A stretch of DNA of 62,041 nt, the filler included, from Jimgerdemannia flammicorona (Eukaryota): the NCBI GenBank assembly GCA_003990765.1. It is 3 parts of 3 records of this genome, joined end to end, with 100 filler letters (N's around TTAATTAATTAA, not from the genome) between each part and the next. Parts side by side here need not be neighbours in the genome. Positions count along the whole stretch, not along the records: positions 41,434 to 62,041 come from RBNJ01001635.1; 2 more parts are not named here. One strand, written 5' to 3'. The translations under genes were made by a program, and so were the position numbers. Shown here piece by piece: positions 49,217 through 62,041 of the stretch. The notes under the pieces were generated by a model. It made no database searches. It worked only from the letters and a program-made list of their open reading frames with translations, and had not been told where the DNA came from. Position 1 is the first letter of the stretch. Each line of letters starts with the position of its first letter.

Positions 49217-52200
49217 CTTTCACTAATTTGGTAACTATAGTGAGGTTTATAATCATAACCTTTATCAGATAGTTTGTGATCAGCACCTCTATTGCTAGGC
49301 AATGATCAGCTGCTGCAGTACTGATTGCTATAGTACTGATTGCTGGAGATAAGCTAGATATTATTTATTTACATTATTTATATTATTTATTATGTTTGTC
49401 ATATATTATATTTAATCTTGACTGCAATAACTCTTATTTATATCTCTCTCTTATTCTTTGGATAATTAGAGAAATAAGATATTACTTAGGGACTTAGTAC
49501 ACAAGATATATTAAGAAGCCTTCAGTGTGAGGAAGTACTTACTTGAAAGTAGTTGTAGTAGTAGTACTCTTCTTATCAATCATAGTTGTAAGGAACTTGT
49601 TCTTTGCTATACACAGACTGAATTTGCCTTGGAATTTAGGTTCAATGGGTTTATTTAAGTTTTTGTAATTTGTATACTGTTCTCAGTTCTGGCAGAAGTT
49701 AGCTAAGCTTCTGAAGTTTAGTCAGAAATACTAAAATCACTTAGGTGTCATTACTAAGACTTAGGGGAATGTATATATGGAGAGGGGACTTGATTCTTGT
49801 ATCAAGGACTGAACTAAAACTGCTTTATTTTGGATGAAAACTGGGGGGCATTTATACAAGTTGGTCTGTGATTTCTGACTAAATATAAGTAACTAATTTG
49901 GTAACTATGGTAAGGTTTGTGATTATGACCTTTGTTAGATGATTTGTGATCAGGAAGACTTTATGATCAGGACCTCTATTGCTAGACAATAATCAGTTGC
50001 GATGGTGCTGATTGCTGCAGCACCAATTACTAGAGATAAGCTGGATATTGTTTATTTACATTATTTACATCATTCACATTGTTTGCATCATTCATTATAT
50101 TTGTCATATATTGTGCTTGATCATGATGTCATTGCTGGGTCATATGATCACTTATTGTATATCATGTCTTATCTGTTCACATACCACTCATTCTATTACA
50201 TCCTTCTTCCCTTAAAAATCAACATCCTCATTGATTCAGAAATTGAGAACTAGGAGAGAAAAGGGTGGAGAATCCTTCTCAGTTTTATCACCAATAGTTG
50301 GGAGAGTAGTTGCTGATGGCTCAATGTCTAGGATGGAGAAGTCAATGAGGTCTGCAAATGGTTTTTAAACTAGTATAGGCAGTAGGGTAGGGGTTCTCCA
50401 TCTAATAGGTTAGAACTATCCAAGTAGGGTTCTTGATTCTTATGCCTGGGGATATCCATTCAGTTGGGCAGTCCTTCAAAGAGATCAGAGAGACCTTGGA
50501 GTCATTGGTCTGAGTTATCATTCAGGAGGGAGCTTCAGTAGAGTTTGCAGTCAGTAGATTTGAGAGTAATTCAGGAGTTGGCTTCTTGGGCAACCTTGAT
50601 CTCTAGTTCATCAATCTTGGGGAATGAGAGGTTCTGAAAGTCCTTCAGTATACATAGTTGAGATTGGAGATTGTAAAGAGTATATGGTATATGATTTAAT
50701 AGATCTTCTTAGCTAGTCTTTACTTGTGCCTGTCTAAGTTGGTTCAGTCTGAGATCTGATCAGTGAGTAGGCTATTTACACATTGAAGAAGTTAATGGCC
50801 AATTTTGTATTCATACCAGATTTCTAGGTAGCTGGTAGCAAGGTAGGCCCTTTCAATGACTTTATAATAGTTAAGAATATAATATCCTAAGTCCTAGCTG
50901 GTAAGGTTAAGGGCCTCAGAGTGGCAGTTCCTTTCTTGGATAGCAATTTAATTGTATCCAAAAAGGCAGTCAACCTGGCTTAGGAGAGGCTGGCTATAGT
51001 AGGCTATTTTGTTGCAAATAGTAGGTATTCTAGTCTTATATTTTCTTTAGAGAGAGGGGGATGAGGATTTTGATGTATTCTTGCCCTGGATATTTATACT
51101 TGTTCACCTATTTAGTATGACTTCATTTCAATTACATTCTCTAGTAGAATATATGACCTGTTGTTATAAGCAGAACATGTACTAGTTATATGAGAAAATT
51201 CTGATTTCAAAGCTATTACTACATTACAGTTATAGTTACACAGAGTTGACAGATCTTGCTTCTCTTTTTTTTTTTCTTGTTGGTGTATTTGTGAGGACTC
51301 GCCATCTTTGTCTAGGGTGAGAGCTCCCATTGTTATAGCTAGGAGTTTAAATCTCTCAGAAATAGTATTTCTTATAATCTGAGGCAAATTCTAATAACAA
51401 TATCTGTCATATAGATGAGCTGAGATTGGTTTTGATATTGTCAGCTTTCTTAAGTTCTATATAAAGTATCTGTTATCCTCTAATGGAGATGATACAGATA
51501 GTATAAAACAGAGTTATTCAAATTTATTTTGCTACACCTTATTGGGTTATTCTTTACCTAAGTATCCTCTCATTGATTAATTATAGTATTCCTTTTTTCT
51601 GTAATGTTTGGTATTATATATCCTGTATAAATATATGATATCTTCTTCCTTTACTCTATGCTCTAGTTTGGTCAATTCATCTTTGAGAATCTTGAGTTCA
51701 GGTTGGGCCAGCTGGTAGATACTCTGGTATGTATAGAGGTTCAGATCATCAATTTCATGTTGGATTTGGTACTTAGATAGAAGTTCTTTGAGTTTCTAGA
51801 ATATATCTTGGAATTTCTTGAGCTTCTGATAGGATTAGACTACTCAAAGCTTCAGTGACTTCTTGTATAATACAGATGAAGTAGGTGTTTCCTTTTTTGC
51901 AATAGAGTCTCTTCATTTGAATAGCAGAGATAATTTCAATTCTTTGATAGTTGGTATCTTCCTAGAGTATCAGAGTGATCTTTCTGCCTTTATGGATCAG
52001 GTTAATTTCATTAGTCCTTCAGTTGATATCTGGGTTATACTAGGTCAATAAGGTTTTTCCTAAAATAATATCTTATCCTTGAAGATCTATGATACTGAAG
52101 TCCAACTTCTCTTGATATTTGCCAATCTTGAGTAGTAGGTTCTTGCAGATCTTAGTCAAAGGTGTAGTCTTGCCATTACCAAAGATAATACTCCTTTTCT

Positions 52201-52560
52201 TGATAGCTGGTCTTCTTTAGGCTCCAATCCTCTTGGCAGTCTTGATACTGATATAGTTTCCTATAGCACTACTATCCAAAAAGACATTGACATTCTATCT
52301 GTAAACTTGGCCTGTAAATTTCATACAACTGTCCTCCTTCTTGATAATATTGAGTTCTTCCTCCTCATTGTTATTCTAATTACTATCAGTCTCCTTGAAG
52401 TCAGTCTCTCCTCATCCTTCATAAGGAGGGTGATCTTATTTGGATTCCTCAGTCTATTGGGCTTGATGTCTTTCAGATTGGATTTTGAAAACTTTGGAGA
52501 GGCATACATGGCATTTACCAATATATTCTTTTCAGTACATTCAAATAGAATGAGGGCATC
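49217..52560 (-). mobile_element. Degenerate, internally deleted Ty3/Gypsy element; its 3' LTR (49423-50200) sits inside a related LTR fragment (49217-49422)
   Basis: PPT aagggaagaagga (50213-50201) followed by TGTAAT...ATTGCA. Protease relic VNVFLDSSAIGNYISIK at about 52245-52295. RT-start relic IQHEID..IYQLAQPELKILKDEL at about 51670-51770. 49222-49420 duplicates 49892-50125. Confidence 0.7.
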
Positions 52561-53674
52561 ATCTATATAGTATATAATATAATGGTGACCTCAGAATAAT
52601 GATATCAGCACAGAAGATAGCCTTTCTTTACAAGTCACCAGATCAGAGCACAAGAAGATCATACAGCATATGAGATGAGCAATGATGACCAACTGTGAGT
52701 CATTGTGACCACAGTATGGTACCTTAAGAAATATAAAAGAAGGATCAAGGAACTGTAGTAGCAGCAACCAACAAGATCCACCAATCCCAAAATAGCTCAA
52801 AGACTTACTACAAATGAAATGCCTACTGCCCACTAAACCTAAAGGTCAAGGAACCACCAAGGCACCTTTGTTGAAGAAAGGATGTTCTAAGACATCAGAA
52901 GAGCTATGAGGACCCACTCAAGAAGGACTCCTCATGTTAACCTGGGTACTGGTGACCCCTATCACTATATCCTCTATCACTGTAAAATAGAAACAAGGAT
53001 CACTATTGCTACTGAATGCCTTCAAATGTGGCAGGAATATGAAATAGGAAACCTCCTCTGTCAGAGTTCCCACAGGCCAGCACTCAAGGGCTATAAGATA
53101 CCACTTCCATGGATATATGTGAAACAAGAATAGCTAAGAAGATCCATCAGATCTTCCGACATGCACCATGATCAATCCCCAACTTGGAATATGTTAGAGT
53201 CTCAGATTTCAGAGACCTGTCATCCCACCATATCAATGCACTAGAAGCCAGGGTGGCTACAGAAGCCCAGTCCACTATCACCCTCAATAGTGATAAAGTA
53301 GAAGACTTCTGGCATCTCATCCTTCAGAACAACCCAGACCAATTCTTACAAGGATTAATCTCAGTATTCTAAGGCCCAAGCATCTAGGTTAGACCTCTTC
53401 AAGACTCCACATTTTTCCCTATTTTGTAGAAGAGAACCTCATAGATTAGAGAGCTCTCAATTTCCCTGCTAACAAATATGATGATGTCATCAGCGATGAT
53501 GTCATCCTGTGTGACATATGCAAAGCACATGAAGTATGCAAAACACATGACCTATGTGATGACAATGATGAGACAGATGAGACATTCGTGGACCTCATCT
53601 CCTTTGAAGACATTCTGACCTCTGATGATGAAGTCCCCATAATCCTGAATATTCTGCTCTAAGTCTCTTGGTTA

Positions 53675-53770
53675 CACTGAATAATGCCAGCACTGACATT
53701 CTGATGTAATACTGAATAATGACAGCACTGGCATTCTGATGTGATACTGAATTATACCAGCATCCTGAAC
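53675..53770 (+). repeat. Three copies of an approximately 35-nt tandem repeat
   Basis: actgaataatgccagcactgacattctgatgtaat units. Confidence 0.75.
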
Positions 53771-53875
53771 CTGTACAACCATCAGTACCAACCCTGGAAC
53801 TTAGCAGTTTTTCCTATCCTGGTATTTTATTTTAGATATTGGAATTTATATTTAGCTTTATTATTATTATTATTA

Positions 53876-56225
53876 TTTTTTTTTTTTTTTTTATAGTCAC
53901 TTAGACTTCACCATTTATTATCTATCTATTAATAAATTTACAGTTTACCCTCCCACTACCCAATCCCCATAGGGGTGCCACTCCACCCATCCACACAAAC
54001 AAAGACCACTTTCTCACCCACAACACCAACCCTCCCCCCACTCTGCCTATAGATTAGTTCTATTAAGTGATGCCTTTGACCCCCCTTCAACCCCCAACCA
54101 AGCCACCAGCCCATCAAGGTGTCTTTCATAAGGCCATGCCACCTCATCAGTCTGACCTCAGAGCCAAGTCTCCTCCTATCCTCAAAAACAAATAACCAGT
54201 GACCAGCCAGCCCCACCCAAATGGCCAAAGCCCAACCTAGCATCAGCCATTCCTTCCCCACCCCTCCCTCCAGTCTGCCCCTTAAATTCTCCCATTGCCC
54301 CCACACATCAGCTCCCCTATGCACAACTCCCAGATGATCCCCAATGTTCTGCCAAAAGGTACTAAGTACCTCACACTCTCCTAGCCAATGTTCAGGCATC
54401 TGTACATATCCCCCTTCCTGTCCTACATTAAACCACTCTTTGCAGTCGAAGCAGCCTCCCTTGATAAGGTGACTGGAGCAGAAGTTTAGCATAACATTTC
54501 GCCTTAGCACATGCCACCAGACCACCCAGTACTTTGGCGGCAGCCACCTCCTCACCTTGGCACTCCAGGCCCAAATGCTATGCCAGTCCCACTCCTCACT
54601 GATTCCTATACTCTGCCAACTGCTAGACCACAGATCCTGGCCTGGTCTCTATTGGCATTTGATTCCATCACTAATGTCAAACTCAGTTAAGGGAATGCCA
54701 CCTAGTAATACTCAGTCCCATCTCCACATCGCTGGGTCCCAGGCCTCCTCCCCTTCATTTCTCTGCCACCTAATTCCAATGCAGTGCACCCCCTCTGCCA
54801 CTCCCCACCAGAAGCCTTTGTATTGCAATTGTCCAGAGTTCTGAAGGCCCACAAGTGCTAGGAGATCACCAGTTGACCCTCTCGGAGAGGACCTCATCTC
54901 CCAGACTTTCTGCAGTAGGGGAACCCAACCACCCCCTCTCAACTCCACTGCTCTCTTCAGCCACCATGCTCTCAAGCAGTGCAGCCTCTTAGGAAAGTCA
55001 ACCAGCCCAAGTCCCCCACTCACCACCAGTAAGGACAAGACCTCCCAGTTGATCTGACTCTGCCTTCTAGCCCAGATCCACCCCTTGGCCAGCTTCATCA
55101 ATCACTTCACTACCCAAGCTAGGAAGTCCAGATAATAAGCCAGATACCACAACTTCGGCAGCCAATAGACATTCAGAATTGAAATGCATCCTGTCAGAGA
55201 CAGTTGGCGGCCCCCCCAACTCCACAGGGCCTCCCCCCAGATGCCAACCCACTGCTCCCACCAAAGTCTGGGCAGAACTGACCCATATACTGACAGATAA
55301 ATACCCAAGTACCATACCACCTCACTAGCAGGGACAATGGTACCAATAATCTCCCCTCCCACCAGACCATTGCCTAACACTATTGTTTCGCACTTATGCC
55401 AATTAAGCCTAGCCCCAGAGTTTGCCTCATACCATTTCTCTGTTTCCTTGAGCTTCTCAACATCCGCAACTGATCCCAGACCAACCACTATATCATCCAC
55501 AAATGCCCCTACTTTCCACCTGATGCCAAAGATAGAGAGCCCCACTATCTTTTGCCTGATTCTGTCCATGAAGGGCTCCAGAGACAAAACATACAAAATG
55601 GGGGACAGTGGGTCCCCCTGGGGCACCCCCCTACCTAGGGGAAATATTACCCCTCTATATCCATTACACATGAGTGCCACCCTACTTTCTTCCAGTAGGC
55701 TGACCATAGTAGTCCTGAACTGTTGTAGGACCCCAATCCTATCCAAAACTTTCACTAGCCAGACCCATCACACTTGGTCATAGGCCTTCCCCTGGTCCAA
55801 AAAGACCAGATGCCCATCCAGTCCACTGGCTCGTGCCCCTTTAATAACACCATGCACTCATGCTGTACCATCCCTGATGAGTCAGCCTCCAACAAAGCCC
55901 CACTACTCCTCACCCAAGACTTGCTGGGCCACTTTTTGCAACCTTTTGACCACCACTTTGGTAACCAACTTTCTGTCCATATCCAGTAGCATAATTGGCC
56001 TCTAGTTCCTCCAGTCCTCTCGGTTTCCTTTATTCTTATAAAGCAATGTCACCAACCCTAGATCCTGTTCTCCCACCCATCTCCCCATCTGTAGAATCCA
56101 ATCACACAGTGCCATCATCTCTCCCAGTACTCTAGAGACTCCCACCATCTTTTTCCAGAAGTCTCAGAGCAAACCATCCTCCCCAGGCACCATACCCAAG
56201 GTTGTCATGGCAAGAACCTGGTGGA
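53876..56225 (-). mobile_element. 5'-truncated L1/Tx1-clade LINE (RT to poly(A))
   Basis: Colinear with 41988-44345. GVPQGDPLSP and FVDD present; poly(T) at 53876-53892. Confidence 0.9.
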
Positions 56226-56230
56226 CCAGA

Positions 56231-59200
56231 ACTTCTTTTGCTCAAACCATTTGGAGTGAGCTAAGCCACACAGACATCACTTTGTGAAAAGTAACACGTT
56301 CTTAAGGTTTCACTTTAGTTATACTGGTGTACAAGGTGCGGCAGAAGTCTGACAACAGTTCACAATAAGTTTCATCAAAATCCATCAAGTTTTCATGACA
56401 TGGCGACCCAAGGCTCATCAAGCTCGGAGCGCCTGGAGAGGAGGAGGCCTGGCCTGGGCCTCTCCAAGAGTTTTGTGGTGGCTGCTGGTCAAGGAGGAGC
56501 TAGAGGGCAGGTGGGTGGTCAAGGGTCAGCAGCAGGACTGGATGGTTGGTATACAGTGATGGGGAGTCAGCAGGCAGCCTCTAGGCCTATGGTGGGGGGC
56601 AGCAGGGGTATAGTGTGGATAGAGGTGGATGTCAGCTGACTGGTCAGCTGACTGGCCAGGGACCCAGCAGGGGTCAGGGGTCCCGGGGTGTGATGACTGG
56701 GACTGGCTTTCCTGGGGCTGGACCAGTGGCTAGGGGTGGGACTGCTGGTAGTGCAGTAGCTCCTGGCGAGGTGGTAGCAGGTGTGTCTGGTAGCAAGAAT
56801 AAGGTGACTCTGGCGATAGGAACTGGGGAGCTGGTAGTATGACCATTCTTCCATAAGTCAGTATTGACTTAGGCAGTTTCTGCCAACTTCTTGGGCCTTG
56901 GTTTGTCAGCCAAGGAAGTTCTATGACTGGTGGGTGAGGAGGTTGCTGGGGCTGAGTCACTGAGATTTATCCCCTCAGCGGAGGCAGTGGAGGTCGGATC
57001 TGTAGAGGAGGAGGCTATGGTGAAGGCCTTGGAGAAGGAGCTGATGGTCAAGAATGTTAAGGTGGGAATGGTGAGGTGCCTGAGATGGGACCTGCATGCG
57101 GTGAGGTTGGTGGTAGAAGAATTGCTGACATTGAGCAGGTAGGAGACTAAGATAGTGATCGCCAAGGCACTGGAAGGCTTTGAGGAGATGGTGGATTTCG
57201 GATTTATGTTCTGGGAGGGTATGAAGTTGAGAAATGGCAATTGTGAGGCAACGGTGCAGCTAGAGGGGAAGGAGATGACAGGCCTGGGGTGAGACTGGCC
57301 AGAGGTCATTCGTGTTGGGGAGCAGGACTGTCAGGTCTGGAGGAGGAAAGGCTCTGAGCAGGAAGAGGAGGAGCTACTGATAGCCCTTAAGGAGCGTGAT
57401 GAGGTGAAGGCTTTGCAGAAAAGAAAGTGGGAGGAATTCGCCAAAGATTGGATCTGGATTGAGACGGATGGCAAGAGGAAGTGTTGGCATGAGGCAAACT
57501 GGGAATGGCTGCAGGCAGTGTTGTGAGCATCTTCAGAGGAGGAGGTTGAAAGAGTAGCATCTGATAGGAACCGAATGGAAGGGGTAGAGGTGGCCAAGGT
57601 GTCCTTCTCCCAGCTGGGGGGAGTGGGAGAATCTGCACATGCCCCAGTAACTGGAAAGTGGGCAGACAGTGAGGAGGAGTGAGGAAGGGGCTTCAAAGAT
57701 AATGTTGAGATGGTTCTAGAAACTCAGATGGAAGACATGGTGATGGCTAGGTCAGTGAATGTTCACTAGGAATGTCCAGAAGCAGGGGAGGTAGTGAGGT
57801 TAGATAAGATCTCTGAAGAGGATGAGCTGGTGGATGTTGCCTCGGATGTATCTGCGGACAGGGAATTGCTTCAGGAGCTGTACAGGACTCCCAGGCCTGC
57901 GACTCCTGGGCCATCAGTGATGGTGGCAGATGGCTGGTTCCAGGCAGTTCTGGAGGAACTGGCAGAGGATGACATTAAGGAAGTGGATGTATTTCAGGGC
58001 TCCCTGGAGACATGGGAAGGATTTCTCAAGGTGGCATTGCAGGGACCAAAGCTGGTGATGGCGATGGTAGCAGCCCTCCTGGAGGATGAAGGGTATGAGG
58101 TGGATGATGGCTGAATGGCAGATATTCATAAGGTGGCGTCCAAGCAAGTAGACCTCTTCTGTGGCAGTGACAATGGTGAGAGGATTTGGTGGGCTGTTTG
58201 TGAGGAGCATCGAGACATCATTAAGGGCCAAGCCAAGAAGGTGGTGGTGGTGGTAGCTGATATCTAAACTTCAAATTCTTCATAATGAAGTACAACCTAT
58301 GAATTCTGTCAATCAATGTCAATGGTTTGCAAGATGGAGTAAAGTGACGGCATCTGTTTCAGTGGTTGAAAGTCCGGGGGTATGATGTGGTATTTCTTTA
58401 AGATATTCGGACCTATGGTGAGGAGGATTATGGATCATGGAGTAAGGAATGGATTGGAGATACTGGGTGGAGTAAGCAAGTTGGTATTTTGATCGGGGTT
58501 GAAAAGGGGGAGTTAGTGGATGTGGAATGTTTTGGTGATCGACTAGTATGGGGCAGATTGAAGGGAGGAAAAGGAGAAGGACTCTTGGTGGGCTCTATAT
58601 ATCTGCCGGCAGTTGGCAGAGAGTGAAAGCAATGAGTGGAGAAGTGGCTGGCTTGGGAGGATTGGGTGGCCCTAGGGTTAGACATTTTAGGGGGTGATTT
58701 TAATATAGTTAGAGACTGTGCGCTAGATTGGTCTGATGGTGGAGCTGGTGTAGCAGTTTCTCCAGGGTTATCTCAGTGGCTTCAGGTGGAAAAGGGTATG
58801 AGATTGGTGGATGGTGTACGATTACAGGTGGGAGATGAGTCAGGCCCCTTTACTAGGTGGCATTCTATAGACAATGGGATGGTTGGTACACGGATTGATT
58901 GGGTGCTAGTATCTGAACATTGGGGTAATGTTTTTGATGCAGTTGGAGTGTGGTGGTGTCCTTGGTCAGACTATTGTGGAGTTGAGATGAGTGGACGATT
59001 TCAGGCTATTAATGGAGGAGGTGGGCATTGGCATCTTAATGTGGCTCTGCTTCGGCGTCTGGTGGAGCGAGAGTAGTTTGTATACTTAGCCCAACAGGAA
59101 GTGGAGCGGTGGGTGGCTGGTGGTCTATCTATTGCTGATTGGTGGGGCAGATTCAAACACCTTGCTGGCATGTATTGGAGAGATGCTGGAGAGGTGGCGG

Positions 59201-62041
59201 GGAAGGAGTGTAAGGACAAGGAAAAGAGAGTTGAAAGTGGTCTACGGTGGCAGCTAAAGTTATTAGAGGATGGTTCTCTGACAGAAGAGAGGAAGGGTCA
59301 ACTTGCTAGAGAGGTAGTCAACTTACAGGCAACTTTGAGGGAGACAGAGGATAGAGTAGTGGATGGGCTACTGGCATGCCTGAGGGCTAGATGACTGGAA
59401 GAGGGTGAAAGACCGACAAAGTACTTATCTGGTGTCCTGAAGGCAAGAAATGTTCGACATAGCTGGTTGTCGGTCCTGCGAGATGATGGTGTTGAGATTA
59501 CCAGTATGACGGAGATGTTGGAGGAGATTTCAGGACAATGGCAGGCTCTCTGGAGTGATGATGAGGTGGGAGGGAGGGTTGGAGTAGGGGATATTGCAGA
59601 GGCGCCTCTTGTGCATAACTGGCCAGTGGTGCCATTACCTGTAATAGGAGCTACAGTACTAGGCAGAGTGTCTTTGGAGGAGGTGTTAGAGGTTCTGTAG
59701 AAGGCACTGAGTGGTTCATCACCAGGGGAGGATGGACTCCCTTGGAAGTTTTGGAAGGAGTTTCAGGTGGAATTTGGAGCTTGGTTGGTTGAAATGGTTT
59801 ATTTTGTGTTAGAGGAGGGTCAGTGGATTGGGAATGGAAACTTAGGTCTGGTGTCCTTGTTGTATAAGGAGAAAGGTGACAGGAGGGAGTGGCATAATTG
59901 GCAGCTGATCATGCTGTTGAATGTCAACAGGAAGCTAGTCTCTAAAATCTTAGCAGGGAGATTGTGGCAGTGGATTGGAAGACTGGTAGGAGAGGAGCAG
60001 AGGGGCTTCATGAAGGGTTGGCAGATTAGAGATAGTACTGCCTGGGTGCAGAATGTTTTGGAGGGCTGTAGGAGTCGGCAGATTGATGGGAGGATGGTCT
60101 TCTTGGATCAAGAGAAGGCATATGATAGGGTATGGTGGCATTATCTTGAGGCAATACTCCAGAAAGTAGGATTTGGGTTTGGAGAGGTTAGAAGGTTGAT
60201 GGGGCTGGTGTGAGGCTATCGAGGGGCAGTACTGATGAATGGATGGAGCAGTCAGGAGTTTGCCTTAGGAAGAGGGGTTCTACAAGGAGATCCTCTTTCC
60301 CCTCTTCTTTACATTCTCTTGCTAGAACTGGTGCTGGCCTGGCTAAGAGGACAGCTGAATGGATTGCATATGGGTGAGGTAGTATGGAAGCTGGGAGCCT
60401 TTGCAGATGACATGGTGGTGGAGCTCGGCAGTGTGGCAGATGTGGATATTTTAAGAGATGGAATTGAACAGTATGAGGGATTGGCAGGTGCAAAGCTGAA
60501 TTGGGGGAAGTGTGAAACCTTAGAGCTAGGTGTGGGCTTAGGGGCAGCAGGGTTTGGATAAGTGGTGCCTCCAGGGGAAGCTGTACAGTATTTAGGGATA
60601 TGGTTCTCAGTATTTGGGATGATTTTGCTGAAGGAGTGGTGGAGTACCATAGTTCGAAAATAGGAAGGTGTGCTGACAGGCTGGGCTGGTTGAAACTTTT
60701 CTTTGGCAGGAAGAGTGGTGGTCCTGAATGTATACTAGCTGCCGAAGCTATGGTACCTGGGCTACCACCTAGATTTTCCTAGATGGGTGGTGCAGCATCT
60801 TAAAAAGGTTATGGAAGGATGGCTTTGGAAGGGGAGACAGCCACAGATTGGATGGGAGGCATTGGTGCTACCAATTGCTGATGGTGGTTTGGGGTTGATA
60901 GACTTTTGGTGAAGGTTGAAGGCACTTAGGGGCTGGTGGGGCCGCCAATTAGTAGAGTTAGGAGAAGAGAGCTAGGGCAGATTGGCAATAGACAATTGGG
61001 AGATCAGATTCTGCTCCTGGAGTACGGAGAGGAAGGATATGCGAGGGCTACTTCAGGTTGGATCTGTGGGGAGGATGAGGTTCAAAGGATTCTGGTGGGG
61101 CATTGTTGAGGCCTGGCTTGTGATGGGCCTAACAGGACCAGAGGTGGAAGCTGTAGAGGAGGGGGCAGACCCTGAACAGTGGTGGTGGTGACTTGGACTT
61201 CTCAGGGTGGAAGGGAAGGAGTTGAAGGACTATTCTCTGGTCAAGGCAATGGAATGGGCCAGATCTGGCCCTCTCAAGCAGTGGCCAGTTGGATGGCAGA
61301 CAGCTGGTATTGGTGAGATGTGGGAATGGGGTTGAATTTGAAGATGGGCAGCCACTTTGAATAAGGTGGTACCTCCTCGATATTGGATAGTTTGGTGGAG
61401 GTTCCTGAGAAGGAATGTGATGCTGAATTATTGGACAGGTTGGATGGTGGTTGATGGGTACAAGGATTGTGAATGGTGTGTTGAGATCTCGAAAGAAGTG
61501 ACTCAGACCCCAGAGCATGTCATAGAGGCCTGCCCAGGGGTGGAGGGTTATTGGAGAATACTGGAGGAATATTGGGGTTTGGATTGAAGGAGGCCGGGAG
61601 AGTTGGCCAGTGTTGTCATCTGGAGGAGACTGGTGGGAGATGTTGGGGATGTTTGGGGAGGTGTTGGGCGGATTTTGGGAGTGTGGGTTTTAATGGTGGC
61701 ACACTGGTGATGGGTCTTTGAGGGTGAAAGTTGGATGGGAATTGGGGATCTGGTTGAGAGATGGCATTGGCTAGTGCGAGAGGTAGTACAGGGTTGGTGG
61801 CACCAGGGGAGGCAGCAGGAGATAGGGGTAGTTAAGAAGATGCAAGATGTCATTTTGGGGAGTCAGGGTCATTTGCTGCTAGGTGAAGATAGGGTGTAGT
61901 AGAAAATTAGAGTGGGTTGATTGGACCTGCTAGGCTTATTTCGCTCCAATAGTAGGAGATAGGTAGTTGGTGGAAAAACTTTGTAGTGTAATTCATATAG
62001 ACTAGTGGAATAAAGGAGTCCAAGTGACTATATAAAAAAAA
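56231..62041 (+). mobile_element. Full-length but degenerate L1/Tx1-clade LINE (ORF1 about 56400-58265, ORF2 about 58285-61900) ending in poly(A)
   Basis: SINVNGL, GGDFN, RIDW, SPGEDGLP, FLDQEKAYDRV, GVLQGDPLSP, FADD. AATAAA at 62009 and an A-tract at the window end. Many TGA/TAG stops. Confidence 0.92.

Overview
Eukaryotic, almost certainly fungal, genomic DNA, judged from short GT-AG introns with CTAAC branch sites and fungal TE families. An early-diverging Mucoromycota-like source is my inference and is not proven. The window has two 100-nt assembly gaps carrying an artificial TTAATTAATTAA linker. The left third (about 2.3-20.6 kb) is mostly CpG-rich and holds genes and pseudogenes: an intact RING/B-box/coiled-coil (TRIM-like) ORF with a SPRY relic just downstream, a deleted BTB-SPRY paralogue, a decayed tandem gene duplication and a 607-aa coiled-coil ORF. 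A 1.56-kb foldback element lies near the start. The right two thirds is a nested TE cluster: (i) a dUTPase-carrying Ty3/Gypsy element interrupted by a gag-poor chromovirus with both LTRs and a TSD; (ii) a Plavaka/CACTA-like DNA transposon that appears to carry an in-frame chimeric cargo gene (GST first exon fused to intron-containing WAPL-domain exons); (iii) several G-rich L1/Tx1-type LINEs and another Gypsy relic. The LTR elements show transition-dominated C>T/G>A hypermutation at CpG and CpA (RIP-like). All translations and alignments were done by eye and no database searches were run.
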